In this document: positions 1 through 9,963 of the stretch, in pieces
How positions within the stretch are numbered: position 1 is the first letter of the stretch
Layout of the letters: each line of letters opens with the position of its first letter
Assembly (NCBI GenBank): GCA_018970325.1
Contig: JAGWWP010000001.1
Span: 7,889 to 71,888, forward strand
From: Cyanobacteria bacterium REEB446
GTDB taxonomy: Bacteria; Cyanobacteriota; Vampirovibrionia; LMEP-6097
Length of the DNA: 64,000 nt
Direction of reading: 5' to 3'
Notes under the pieces: generated by a model
Databases searched by the model: none
Told to the model about the DNA's origin: nothing
Seen by the model: only the letters and a program-made list of their open reading frames with translations
Position numbers and translations under genes: made by a program

Positions 1-54
1 CCAATTACTCCATTAAATGAAACGCAATATTTAATTGATAATTTAGGACAGTTA

Positions 55-2844
55 ATGAAACAGTTACCACGTTTTGTTATTGCTTTAGAGAACGCTTATC
101 AGGCAAGTTTTCCAGAGGAAGAGAATAATATACTTTCTTTAAGTAATATTTTAAATGTTAGAAAATGGACTACTACTGATGCAGATGGTAATCCTAGTAA
201 TAATCTTTCAGAATATTTAAAATCTTTTACAGAGAAGAGGCTAGATTCATTTAAGGCTTACCAAGCTGCTTTGAAAGAATTAATTACGGGTTATACAGAG
301 TCTTTTGGCGAGGGCGTTACGATGCATCATGATCTGGGCGAGAGTGGAGGAGTGGGAAACAGGAATTTTAATACTCTTTATGAACAGTTTGTTCAGGGAA
401 CAGGGAGAAAAGATGCTTATAGAGTTTTAATGCAGAATTTTGGATTAAACAAACATGAGCAAAAGCAGACAGAGGATTTAGAAGAAAAAAAATGTGCTAA
501 ACCACTGATGAAGATTTTAGAAGAAAATATTAGTAAGTTAAAAACAATAGGTGAAGAATTAGAGGATATTAATGTTACTGAAGAGCGGTTAAAGGCTCTA
601 AGAGATGAACTTTTAGTTCTTACAGAAAACTTCTCCATAAAAGATTTCTTAGAACCGTTACGTGCAATAGAGAAAAATAAGCGTCATTCTTTTGAGACAT
701 GTAAGGACTGTTATTATAAGGGAATTCCAGATGGATATAACACAAGAGCATTTATAAAAGCGATTAAAATTTTTGGTGATAGTTTCGGGGCTGCTGATAT
801 ACGTCAGGGAGCGGATTATGTTAGTGTCATGGCAAAAGCTCTTGAAAATCAGGGAGGACTAACTGAGTATAATTATGATGATAATAAGCTCAGGGAAAGG
901 GTTTTACAAACCAATGACTTGCTGGAATCAGTTAAATTAGGAGAGATTAGTCGTTTAATACTGAGTATGACTAAATCTTCTGAAGACTTAACTAATGCTC
1001 TTTCTGTTTCTGAGCAGAAGGGGCTTTTCAAGCCAGCAGAACTTAATAGTGGCGATAGTTCTTCTAATAAAAAATGGAAACTGCCAGAAAGCTCTCTAGA
1101 AATAGTTCCTCTTACAGAGCTAATACCAGATTTAGATAAGGCCTATAGTGAGACGACGATTAAACCCCTTACTGATCCTAAATTTAGGCAGTATTTAATC
1201 GCTAATAATGGTGTTTTAACGAAAATGTATGGTCCTTCTGATAGTGGAAAGTGGTCTGGGCCTTTCCCTTCATGGTCGGGGATGTTAAAGGCTCAGTATT
1301 TTGATTCACGGGTTATTGAGATTTTTAATGATTTTCTAAAAGAAAAATTAGATAAAGCCAAGCCTGATGGAACTGCTAATCAGGACTCTTTAACCACGAA
1401 AAGAGCAGAAGAAAAGTGGTCTAACCATATTGAAAAATTAGAGAACATGATTAGCTCTCGTGGAGCTAATCCAGAACAGGGTTTTAAAGAAATTACAGTG
1501 GTTAAAGAAGCAGTAGCAGCTTTTAAAGAGAGTTTTAAAGATATGAGTACAGAGGAGCTTGAAATCTGGAAACAGGCTCAGGAGGAGAAACCTTGTTTAG
1601 AAGAAGGAATTAAATATAAGATTATAGATGGCTTTGGTGGTCCAGTTATTAGGGGTAATGGTGCTGATGGTAGAGAGGGCGTTAGCCCTACGACTATGTC
1701 AGGATTTTTATATGAACAGACAGTACAAGGCTCTGAGGGAGATAAACTAAGGCAGCCTTCTAATGCGATAGAGTTTATTACCAAGCGTTTAAAAACAGCA
1801 ATCACAAATGCAGGAGATAAATTTAACTCCTTAAAAAACCATGCTGCTTCTGATGAAGCTCCTGTTTTGGTCGATCCTTTTTTCTTTAAATTTCTTGATG
1901 AGACTTCGGACAAACTAAGAAAGTCTTTAAGAGAGGGAATTATAGGTATAGATTATCAAGATGATGAACAGTGTGCTAATCCTGAAAAATTACGAAACTA
2001 TATTAAGATGATCGCTCTGACTACTCCAGCCTTATTTCTTGGTTTATATAATAACAGCAGTAGACCTATAACTCGCTCTGGTGAACAGATAGGCAAGCTG
2101 CTTAAAGAGCATGATAATGATGTCGTGAAGATGGTAGAAGATTTAGATGAAAAAGGTTTACTGAAAATTCTAAATGATATGCGAGCTATTCCTATAGCGG
2201 CTTTCTATAATCTTGGTGGTTCTGGTCATATTAGTATCGGCGGAGTGCGTGATTTAGACGAGAATCAGAGAAAGCAGTTTATTGATTATTATAAAAAGAC
2301 ACGTAATCCTCAGTCCTGGAGCCAAAAAATTATTTCTAATTTTATGACTGATATGGTTAATGCATGGGAAAAAGAGCTGTTTAAAACGACCCCTGATTTA
2401 ATGGAATATGCTGCTAAAACTAATTATGAAGCTTTATATGGTGAGAACTCTTCTGAAAAATATGAACCCAAAAAAGATGAGATTTTAATTAAAACTAGAG
2501 AAGACTATCAGGCATTGAAAAATTTAATAGCAGAGGCGAAAGGCTATTCTGTAAATAATTCTAAAGCGGTGAAATTAGAAGAGCTTATGCAGGATAACCC
2601 ACTTGAAAGAGAAAAGCTTTTAGCAGAGAGAAAGAATCTTGATCCTCTGAAGAAGTCTATAAGTATGGCTACTGCTGCTATTTTTCGTGCGACTCAGGGG
2701 GGAAACGCAGAAATAAAAAATGGGCAGTCCCAGTATACTAAGCGAAATCCTTTTGCCAACGAGAATATTCCAGAAAGATTAGAAACAGCTTTTAATGGTT
2801 TGGTTACAGCGGCAGCTTCTAATGATGGTTCTATAGATTATTAG
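55..2844 (+). CDS. large hypothetical protein (929 aa); no recognisable catalytic motifs, charged/helical, possibly secreted/effector-like
   Basis: Long uninterrupted ORF in six-frame track; no motif I can assign. Confidence 0.45.
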   Translation: MKQLPRFVIALENAYQASFPEEENNILSLSNILNVRKWTTTDADGNPSNNLSEYLKSFTEKRLDSFKAYQAALKELITGYTESFGEGVTMHHDLGESGGVGNRNFNTLYEQFVQGTGRKDAYRVLMQNFGLNKHEQKQTEDLEEKKCAKPLMKILEENISKLKTIGEELEDINVTEERLKALRDELLVLTENFSIKDFLEPLRAIEKNKRHSFETCKDCYYKGIPDGYNTRAFIKAIKIFGDSFGAADIRQGADYVSVMAKALENQGGLTEYNYDDNKLRERVLQTNDLLESVKLGEISRLILSMTKSSEDLTNALSVSEQKGLFKPAELNSGDSSSNKKWKLPESSLEIVPLTELIPDLDKAYSETTIKPLTDPKFRQYLIANNGVLTKMYGPSDSGKWSGPFPSWSGMLKAQYFDSRVIEIFNDFLKEKLDKAKPDGTANQDSLTTKRAEEKWSNHIEKLENMISSRGANPEQGFKEITVVKEAVAAFKESFKDMSTEELEIWKQAQEEKPCLEEGIKYKIIDGFGGPVIRGNGADGREGVSPTTMSGFLYEQTVQGSEGDKLRQPSNAIEFITKRLKTAITNAGDKFNSLKNHAASDEAPVLVDPFFFKFLDETSDKLRKSLREGIIGIDYQDDEQCANPEKLRNYIKMIALTTPALFLGLYNNSSRPITRSGEQIGKLLKEHDNDVVKMVEDLDEKGLLKILNDMRAIPIAAFYNLGGSGHISIGGVRDLDENQRKQFIDYYKKTRNPQSWSQKIISNFMTDMVNAWEKELFKTTPDLMEYAAKTNYEALYGENSSEKYEPKKDEILIKTREDYQALKNLIAEAKGYSVNNSKAVKLEELMQDNPLEREKLLAERKNLDPLKKSISMATAAIFRATQGGNAEIKNGQSQYTKRNPFANENIPERLETAFNGLVTAAASNDGSIDY

Positions 2845-3517
2845 GAGTTTTTAGCTTTTCAAGCTTATTCTCTAACTCTTCGATTCTGTCTTGCATTGCT
2901 TGCAGAGTCGCTTCTATAAAATCTGGTGGCGTATTATTATGCTCTAAATTATTTATAGCGTCTTTTAATTCACCATTCATTTTTACTATACGGCCAGGAA
3001 TCCCTACTACTGTGCTATATGCTGGTATATCTTTAACTACTACAGAGTTCGCACCGACTTGAACATAATCTCCGATACTAATGTTTCCAAGTATTTTAGC
3101 TCCAGCTCCTACTATGATATTAGAGCCTAGAGTAGGATGCCTCTTCTCTTTTTTAATGGAAACACCTCCTAGTGTGACTCCTTGATAGATAGTTACATTA
3201 TCACCGATTATAGTCGTCTCACCGATTACTACACCAGAGCCATGGTCTATAAAAAAAGCTTTTCCTATCTGCGCGGCGGGGTGTATTTCTATACCAGTAA
3301 GGATTTTAGTAATATGAGCAGAAACTCTGATAAAGAATTTTAAAGAGGGCTTAGCGAAACTTAGTAAGCCTAAATTTTTTATCCATAGTTTATGAAAAAA
3401 CCTATGAGCAGTGATGGCGTGAAAACCAGAATAACAGAAGAAGATCTCTAAGACTGAATTACAGGCAGGGTCTTTTTTATAGATATTCTCTATCTCTTCT
3501 CTTAAGGTTCCCAGCAT
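2831..3517 (-). CDS. cysE: serine O-acetyltransferase
   Basis: N-terminal SATase helical region (DPA..SVLEIFFCYSGFHAITAHRFFHKLW) followed by left-handed beta-helix hexapeptide repeats (GSNIIVGAGAKILGNISIGDYVQVGANSVV). Confidence 0.85.
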   Translation of the reverse strand: MLGTLREEIENIYKKDPACNSVLEIFFCYSGFHAITAHRFFHKLWIKNLGLLSFAKPSLKFFIRVSAHITKILTGIEIHPAAQIGKAFFIDHGSGVVIGETTIIGDNVTIYQGVTLGGVSIKKEKRHPTLGSNIIVGAGAKILGNISIGDYVQVGANSVVVKDIPAYSTVVGIPGRIVKMNGELKDAINNLEHNNTPPDFIEATLQAMQDRIEELENKLEKLKTPNNL

Positions 3518-3678
3518 AATTGCTTAGATTATAGCTAAAACTAGAAATTACTGCATTAAGCGGCAAAAAACCTGCATTTTTTACTTATAGATCTATTTAA
3601 GCTTGCTTGAAAAAGGTATATAATAACTCTTATCTAAGGCGATAATAGTTGAATAAGTAGTTTATTTGCTTATTTATT

Positions 3679-3714
3679 TAAGCGGCAAAATAAGCGGCAA
3701 AATAAGCGGCAAAA
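3679..3714. repeat. 3 perfect tandem copies of 12-bp unit taagcggcaaaa; a 4th isolated copy at 3557-3568
   Basis: Direct reading: taagcggcaaaa x3 head-to-tail immediately upstream of Fic gene start and divergent from cysE. Confidence 0.9.
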
Positions 3715-3731
3715 TAAAAAGGAAATGGGGC

Positions 3732-4934
3732 ATGATAGATAAACGGACAATTTACGCAATGGAGCCGATGCTACCTTCAAAATTAGATAAAGAACTTGAG
3801 GATTTGGCTTTTAAGCTTATTTCGAGATCTAATATACTGACAAATCAATTGCATAAAATTACGCTAGAGACTATAGGAGACCTAGTAAGGTCTATGAATT
3901 GTTATTACAGTAATTTAATAGAAGGTCATAATACTCACCCTGTTGATATAGAGCGGGCTTTAAATGGTGATTATTCGCAGAATATTGAAAAAAGAAATTT
4001 ACAGCTAGAAGCCTTTGCTCATATAGAAGTGCAGCGCTTAATCGATAATAATCTTTTAGAAGATGCTCATCTTGGCACTGTTGCCAAACCTGCAAGTATT
4101 ATATCTGCTGATTATATAAGTCTTATCCACAGACACTTTTATGAGCGATTGCCTAAAGAACTCCAGTGGGTAGAAGATCCTAAGACGAAGAAAAAGTTAA
4201 AAGTAAATCCAGGTAAATTTAGACAGCGGGATGTTCAGGTCGGTGCTCATATTGCTTGCTCGGCAGATAAACTGCCACTGTTTATCTCTAGATTTGAAGA
4301 AGCTTATGATTTAAATAAGCTGTCGAAATTACAACAATTAATCGCCGTGGGTGCTGCGCACCATAGATTATTATGGATACACCCTTTTTTAGATGGTAAT
4401 GGTAGGGTCGCAAGGCTTTTTTCTCACGCATTTTTAAGAAATTTAGGTATAGGAAATAGTTTATGGTCTGTTTCACGTGGGCTTGCTCGCAGAGCCACTG
4501 ATTATAAGCGTTTATTAATGGAAGCAGATGCGCTGCGTAAAGGTGATTTGGACGGGAGGGGAAACCTTTCAGAGAGAGCCTTAGTAGATTTCTGTAAATT
4601 TTTTCTTGAAATTAGCATAGATCAGATAGATTTTATGGCTAAGCTATTAAATTTAAACTCTTTATTAGAGAGGGTTTCTGATCATATAAATTTAGAAGTA
4701 CAGAAAGGTCACTTATCAAAAGGCTCCTACGCCTTATTAAAAGAAGCCTTAATCACTGGCTCATTTGAGCGTGGTCAGGCAGCAGAGTTAACGGGCTATA
4801 AGGAAAGGCAGGCTAGGACTGTTTTATCTACTTTATTAAGTAAGGGATTATTATATTCAGAGCATTCTCGATCTAAAGTGAAAATAGCTTTTCCAGTAAG
4901 TATTTTGGATAAATGGTTTCCGGGTTTGTATTAA
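3732..4934 (+). CDS. Fic/DOC family protein (canonical motif HPFLDGNGRVAR)
   Basis: Fic motif HPFxDGNGR at WIHPFLDGNGRVARLF. The track ORF starts at 3666 but translates the tandem repeat (SGKISGKISGKI); ATG at 3732 (MIDKRT) is more plausible. Confidence 0.8.
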   Translation: MIDKRTIYAMEPMLPSKLDKELEDLAFKLISRSNILTNQLHKITLETIGDLVRSMNCYYSNLIEGHNTHPVDIERALNGDYSQNIEKRNLQLEAFAHIEVQRLIDNNLLEDAHLGTVAKPASIISADYISLIHRHFYERLPKELQWVEDPKTKKKLKVNPGKFRQRDVQVGAHIACSADKLPLFISRFEEAYDLNKLSKLQQLIAVGAAHHRLLWIHPFLDGNGRVARLFSHAFLRNLGIGNSLWSVSRGLARRATDYKRLLMEADALRKGDLDGRGNLSERALVDFCKFFLEISIDQIDFMAKLLNLNSLLERVSDHINLEVQKGHLSKGSYALLKEALITGSFERGQAAELTGYKERQARTVLSTLLSKGLLYSEHSRSKVKIAFPVSILDKWFPGLY

Positions 4935-6232
4935 AGTTTTTTCGTGTTTTCTTTTTCTATTGTGTAAAAGTTTTCTAGTGAATTTATGAAGCTTTTTTGT
5001 GACTCAGAGAGGCTTTCTTGTGTCTCAAGTGTGCTTTGTTTTTTTAGGAGCTGCACTATATTTAAAATTTGTGAAGCGATTTTATTACGGTCTTCATTGC
5101 CGACACATCCTTCTAGGGAATAATTTTTTGTATAGCCTTCATGAACACTATTGAGCATTGTACAGAGATGTTGCGTATCTATTTTTTCTCTATTTTCAGT
5201 TTCTTTAGTGAAGAAACCTTCTATATAGTCAATATTTCTTGCGTTAATAGTCAAACCTTGATTTATATCAAGCTCAGAAACGCTGTCTTTATAACTATCT
5301 GACTTAAAATTCTTGATTGTTTTTTGAAGATCAATTAAGTTCTGCATTGCATCTTGATCCAAATTTAAAAGTTTTTGATGTTTTTTACAGTGCTGGAAAA
5401 GTTTTTCAATATTTTTAGGATTAAACTTCTCTTCTAGTTCTTTTAATAAAAACTTTTTCAACTCCCCAATTTCATATATTCCGCGTGGGTTAAGGGTTGC
5501 GGCATCGAAAGGAGGAGCATCAGTATTTATTGTATTTATTGTATGTAAAAGATTTAACGATTTAGCTGCTAAATTAAGCCATTTTAAGCTATCTTCTGCA
5601 GCCTTGCTTTCTTGATCTTTAATGTTTTGAACAGCTTGAGGGGACATTAATCTGAATGGAATAGGATATTTTTCTTGAATATTTTCTATAGGACTTGCTC
5701 CATTAATTGAGTTATGTACCAAATTGAAATTTTCGAACCAAGATGTAAAATTGTCTTTTATTTTTGGTATGACTTGATCTTGAAGACGAGAGGAGTATTT
5801 ATCTTTTGGGGTAAATTCTTTGTCTATTGAACTTATAAAATTTATATACGAAGAGCTAAGATTATCTTTAAAAATGCCGTGATTAAACTGATAGGCTTCA
5901 TCTATTGCTAGAGCAGCTTCAGAATAATATATATTGCTTCGTTTTTCATAGGATTGGGATTTCATTAAAGCCAGTTCTATTTGAGAAAGAGGATTTGGAT
6001 CAGAATTTGTTTTACCCACTATTGGTTGTGTAGCAGGGGGGCTAATTCCCAGATTCACTGGCTTGTGTAGATTTCTTAAAACATCTGATGATGGTAACTG
6101 ACTTAATTCTTTTGATAACTGTTTAGCACTGTCAATTACTGTTGGGATTACCTTCTCAAGATTTTGAATTCCAGTTTGAAATGATCCAAGATGATCAGTA
6201 AATCCATGGAGTGTTTTTATAAGACTGTCCAT
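4931..6232 (-). CDS. hypothetical protein (433 aa)
   Basis: Long ORF, convergent with Fic gene and overlapping it by 4 bp; no recognisable motif. Confidence 0.4.
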   Translation of the reverse strand: MDSLIKTLHGFTDHLGSFQTGIQNLEKVIPTVIDSAKQLSKELSQLPSSDVLRNLHKPVNLGISPPATQPIVGKTNSDPNPLSQIELALMKSQSYEKRSNIYYSEAALAIDEAYQFNHGIFKDNLSSSYINFISSIDKEFTPKDKYSSRLQDQVIPKIKDNFTSWFENFNLVHNSINGASPIENIQEKYPIPFRLMSPQAVQNIKDQESKAAEDSLKWLNLAAKSLNLLHTINTINTDAPPFDAATLNPRGIYEIGELKKFLLKELEEKFNPKNIEKLFQHCKKHQKLLNLDQDAMQNLIDLQKTIKNFKSDSYKDSVSELDINQGLTINARNIDYIEGFFTKETENREKIDTQHLCTMLNSVHEGYTKNYSLEGCVGNEDRNKIASQILNIVQLLKKQSTLETQESLSESQKSFINSLENFYTIEKENTKKL

Positions 6233-6285
6233 AGATTATATAAAGGCAGCATTGGTATTATTTTGATGTTTATAATATAAAAACG

Positions 6286-6999
6286 ATGCTTAAAACCCTA
6301 GATATAACTATCTGCACTACTAATCAAGGAAAGGTGGCTGAATTTCAAGAAATTTTTGATAATTTAATGCAGGTTAATGCTGATTTAGCTCTAGGTTTAA
6401 AAAAGTGGAATTTTAGTAGAGATAGTTTTAAAACCCTTGCATATAGAGGGATTCATGATTTCGAGGTGGATGAGACAGAAGATACTTATCTTGGAAATGC
6501 TGCTTTAAAAGCTATCGCGGGAGCTAAAGCTGTTCAGGGATTAGCTTTGGCAGATGATAGTGGCATCGAAGTTTTTGCTTTAAATAAAGCACCGGGTATA
6601 TATTCAGGTAGATATCTGCGTGATCCAAATAAAGGAATAAATGCTTTATTAAATGAGATGCAGGCTCATAATGATAGGCGTGTGCGTTATGTTTGTGCTT
6701 TGGTTTTGGCTGAACCTTCTGGGAAAATACTTTTTCAGACACAGCAGTATTGGTATGGAGAATTAGCTTATGAAAAGCATGGTGAGCAAGGCTTTGGCTT
6801 CGACCCAGTGGTTTATCCTTGTTTAGATATAGCTTTAGGAAATGATTTAGCAGACGAAAGTTTTATTACTGATTATTCGATAGATAAATCAAGAACAGTC
6901 GCAGAGCTGAGTTCTAAAGAGAAAAATTCTTATAGTCATCGATTTAAAGCAGTGCGAGAGTTTTTAAGCTTTTTAAATGATTCTTATAAAGTAATATAA
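6286..6999 (+). CDS. rdgB: non-canonical purine NTP pyrophosphatase (RdgB/Ham1 family) with C-terminal extension
   Basis: ITICTTNQGKVAEFQEIF, LADDSGIEVFAL..APGIYSGRY, GFGFDPVVY match Ham1/RdgB motifs. Confidence 0.75.
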   Translation: MLKTLDITICTTNQGKVAEFQEIFDNLMQVNADLALGLKKWNFSRDSFKTLAYRGIHDFEVDETEDTYLGNAALKAIAGAKAVQGLALADDSGIEVFALNKAPGIYSGRYLRDPNKGINALLNEMQAHNDRRVRYVCALVLAEPSGKILFQTQQYWYGELAYEKHGEQGFGFDPVVYPCLDIALGNDLADESFITDYSIDKSRTVAELSSKEKNSYSHRFKAVREFLSFLNDSYKVI

Positions 7000-7075
7000 A
7001 TTTCCATAATTTTTAAATTCTATTAAAATTTTTGCTATCCAGTAAATATTTTGCTAGGATAGCTTTCTTAATATA

Positions 7076-7780
7076 ATGTCAATACCTCCTATCGATAATA
7101 CTCAAAAATTCCCAAGCCAGCAAGCTAGCTTTTTGGAAGGAAAAACCCCTATGTTTTTCGACCCTACTCGTGCTACTGACCAGCAAAGGTCACGACAAGC
7201 AGGAGAAGAGCTAGGCAAGATAAGTGCGGATTCCTCCGCAATAAAATTTGACATTTCTCCTAGTCGAATAAATGAGAAGATTCGAGATGACTTAAAGGCC
7301 TCAACACTAGGTGATCTTTTGTATAATGCTCCAGCAACTTTATTTAATAATCTGCTGATGTTAGAGTTCGCTAATAAGCCCAACTCTAAACCAGAATCAA
7401 AGGAGGAGGCGATTGTGAGCATGTTAGCTACTTTAGTTCTTCTAAGCCTCGGTACCGAACCATCATTATTAGAGGATATTAAAGTTAAGACAACAGGTGC
7501 TGAGCAGGATACCTCATTAAAAGACTACTACACAACTTATCCTGTGAAGCAGGAAGATAACTTAATGCAAGTTTCACCCGCAACTAATAAAGCTGGAGGA
7601 AACTCAGCAGAAGCACAAGTTTTATTTACTACTGATCCTAGTGGTGCAGTAACTGAGTTGTCTGGAACTTATAAAGGTCCAAAATCACCTGTGCCAAAAA
7701 ATATACCAATAATTACTTTATCAGAGCCTATAAATCTTCAGCAAATTGGGAAAAGTATTCTTCTCAGTAGTAAAGCATAG
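7076..7780 (+). CDS. hypothetical protein (234 aa)
   Basis: ORF only. Confidence 0.3.
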   Translation: MSIPPIDNTQKFPSQQASFLEGKTPMFFDPTRATDQQRSRQAGEELGKISADSSAIKFDISPSRINEKIRDDLKASTLGDLLYNAPATLFNNLLMLEFANKPNSKPESKEEAIVSMLATLVLLSLGTEPSLLEDIKVKTTGAEQDTSLKDYYTTYPVKQEDNLMQVSPATNKAGGNSAEAQVLFTTDPSGAVTELSGTYKGPKSPVPKNIPIITLSEPINLQQIGKSILLSSKA

Positions 7781-7866
7781 TCAGGGTTTTAAAAGTCCCC
7801 CCCCTTCGTTAATTGTATTTAGAGTAAAGATTCTTTTTGGTTTAAAAATGCTAGAATCAGCTTCTT

Positions 7867-8829
7867 TTGCTATTAAAAATTATGTCTGAATTTTCTCACA
7901 CACCAGTAATGCCGAGTGAGGTGCTTGAATACCTTGATATAGATAAGGATAAAATATACTTCGACTGCACATTAGGCGCTGCTGGACACTCTAAGCTTAT
8001 TTTAGAGAAGCTTACCGGTCAAGGTCAGTTATATTCCTTCGACCAAGATATTAATGTTATAGAGAGCCACAGAGAGCTTCAGGCTTCCATTAATAGTCTT
8101 GCCTTAAAACAAGGTTTTACTAATGATAGGAATGATACTCTGATCGAAAATAAATGGAATCTAATTCATGCTAATTTCTCTCAGGTAAAGGATTTCTGTG
8201 AAGAGAATGAGATTAAGGTCACTGGGGGTATTTTAGTTGATTTAGGTATAAGCTCTATGCAGTTAGATGACCCAGAAAGGGGTTTTAGTTATTTGCATGA
8301 TACGCCACTTGATATGCGCATGGATAGAGACGTTTCACTTAGTGCTTATGATGTTATAAATACTTTTAAAGAAGCTGATATCGCAAATATATTTTATAAC
8401 TATGCAGAGGAGAGACTTTCAAGGCAAATAGCTCAGAGGATCATAGAACAGCGCCCAGTAGAAACTTCTAAGCAGCTCGCTGATTTAGTTAAAGAAGTTT
8501 ATTGGCGAAAATATCATAAACACTCTAAAGCTCACCCTGCGACTAAAGTCTTTCAGGCACTGAGAATCTCTGTTAATAAAGAATTAGAAGTTTTAGAAAC
8601 TTTATTAGAGTCTTTGCCAGAGGTGTTAGTAGAGGGAGCTACTGTGGTTATCATCACCTTTCACTCTCTAGAAGATAGAATAGTAAAGCAGTTTTTAAAG
8701 AAAGCTAATGATAAGTATAAATTTCAGCTGAGTTTTAAAAAACCCTTAGTAGCTACTGATGAGGAGCTTAAGGAAAATTCTCGTTCACGTTCAGCCAAAC
8801 TCCGTGCTGCTAGGTTTATACTAAAGTAA
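7867..8829 (+). CDS. rsmH: 16S rRNA (cytosine1402-N4)-methyltransferase RsmH/MraW
   Basis: HTPVMPSEVLEYL N-terminus, GxG SAM motif region, ITFHSLEDRIVK signature. Confidence 0.9.
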   Translation: MLLKIMSEFSHTPVMPSEVLEYLDIDKDKIYFDCTLGAAGHSKLILEKLTGQGQLYSFDQDINVIESHRELQASINSLALKQGFTNDRNDTLIENKWNLIHANFSQVKDFCEENEIKVTGGILVDLGISSMQLDDPERGFSYLHDTPLDMRMDRDVSLSAYDVINTFKEADIANIFYNYAEERLSRQIAQRIIEQRPVETSKQLADLVKEVYWRKYHKHSKAHPATKVFQALRISVNKELEVLETLLESLPEVLVEGATVVIITFHSLEDRIVKQFLKKANDKYKFQLSFKKPLVATDEELKENSRSRSAKLRAARFILK

Positions 8830-9185
8830 TGGCTCAAGTTAATTCATATCGACTTTTAGTTTTATTAGCTTTGTTATTTGGCTTATGTAGTGTTTTGCTG
8901 TTTGTAAATATTTTTTTTGAATCAGTAAATCGCTCACTAGAGCAGGAGATTAACATAGTAAGTAACGAGAAAATGAATTTAAGAATGTCTTTTTTACATC
9001 ATAGTTCGATAAATAATTTGAACAGTACAGCCTCTAAGCTTAATATGGTTCATATAGATGAAAAAAATAGTTTTCACCTTGATACTAAATCTGCTGCGAA
9101 TTTAAGAACAAATGATAAAAGCCTTTTTAAGAGCTTCACTGATAATTATTCTAATTCTAAGAAAGAATTTTTATACGGTTTTTAG
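8829..9185 (+). CDS. small membrane protein, possible FtsL-like cell division protein
   Basis: Single N-terminal TM helix followed by a coiled-coil-like segment, located immediately after rsmH as ftsL is in dcw clusters; weak. Confidence 0.3.
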   Translation: MAQVNSYRLLVLLALLFGLCSVLLFVNIFFESVNRSLEQEINIVSNEKMNLRMSFLHHSSINNLNSTASKLNMVHIDEKNSFHLDTKSAANLRTNDKSLFKSFTDNYSNSKKEFLYGF

Positions 9186-9221
9186 GTAAATGAAATAAAG
9201 AAAATAGCTCTGGACTGGCTC

Positions 9222-9641
9222 TTAGAATGGAATTTCCATATCTTCTTCACTAAGATCACTAGTTAAAGATGATGATTTAGAGCGAGATGCAGTGCTTGCG
9301 TAATCAGAATTATCAACAGCAGAAGAAGCACCAAGTAAATTAATTTTACTAACTTCTACACTGAAGACTTTCTGTGCATTGCCGTCTCTGTCGTTAAACT
9401 GATCTATTTGAGGTCTGCCGATTAACAAGACTTCTGTACCCGGGTTTAATCTTTCTAAATACTCTGCGTGAGCATCTCCCCAGAGATTAGCTTTTACGGG
9501 GTATCTTTTAACTTCTTTTGCTTTAGAATCGTATCTTTCGATTTCCATAGTGAAACTCACTACAGAAACATTATTAGCTGTGAATCTTTGTTCAGCTTTA
9601 TTCTTTAAAGTACCAGATAAAGTTATACTTGCAAAGGTCAT
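9222..9641 (-). CDS. ssb: single-stranded DNA-binding protein
   Basis: OB-fold SSB core and acidic C-terminal tail ending DMEIPF (cf. DDDIPF); follows rpsF as in the rpsF-ssb operon. Confidence 0.85.
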   Translation of the reverse strand: MTFASITLSGTLKNKAEQRFTANNVSVVSFTMEIERYDSKAKEVKRYPVKANLWGDAHAEYLERLNPGTEVLLIGRPQIDQFNDRDGNAQKVFSVEVSKINLLGASSAVDNSDYASTASRSKSSSLTSDLSEEDMEIPF

Positions 9642-9645
9642 ATTA

Positions 9646-9945
9646 TTAAGATGCTATCACTTCTGGAAGATTAAAGATTTCAAAACGTAGAAGATCCTCT
9701 ACAAGCTTCATTCTCTCTTTAATGCCAGAAATATCTTTAGGCTCAGCCGTGATTTTAGCTATTACTTGAAAAGCACTTTTTTTATCTTTAATCGAGTAAG
9801 CTAACTGCTGTTTACCTTTTAACTGAAGATCATTAATTTTTGCGTTAAATTTAACAAGAGTATTCTCTAGGTCCTTAATAAATCTAGTAGCAGAGCTATC
9901 ATCGAAAGTTCCAGGAAGAATTAGTAATAGTTCGTATGTTTTCAT
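9646..9945 (-). CDS. rpsF: 30S ribosomal protein S6
   Basis: MKTYELLLIL...GKQQLAYSIKDKKSAFQV matches S6 (cf. MRHYEIVFMV...GRRQLAYPINKLHKAHYV). Confidence 0.85.
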   Translation of the reverse strand: MKTYELLLILPGTFDDSSATRFIKDLENTLVKFNAKINDLQLKGKQQLAYSIKDKKSAFQVIAKITAEPKDISGIKERMKLVEDLLRFEIFNLPEVIAS

Positions 9946-9963
9946 AGCAGGTTGATTATTATA

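Noticed and set aside
3679-3714. Tandem 12-bp repeats as a possible CRISPR array
   Set aside because: Units are contiguous with no spacers, only 12 bp long, and no cas genes are nearby. They are better explained as iterated binding sites or a simple tandem repeat
7781-7866. Poly-C tract (cccccccc) upstream of rsmH as a possible phase-variation homopolymer
   Set aside because: The tract is 8 bp, intergenic and not within a coding start region; I cannot support slipped-strand regulation from sequence alone
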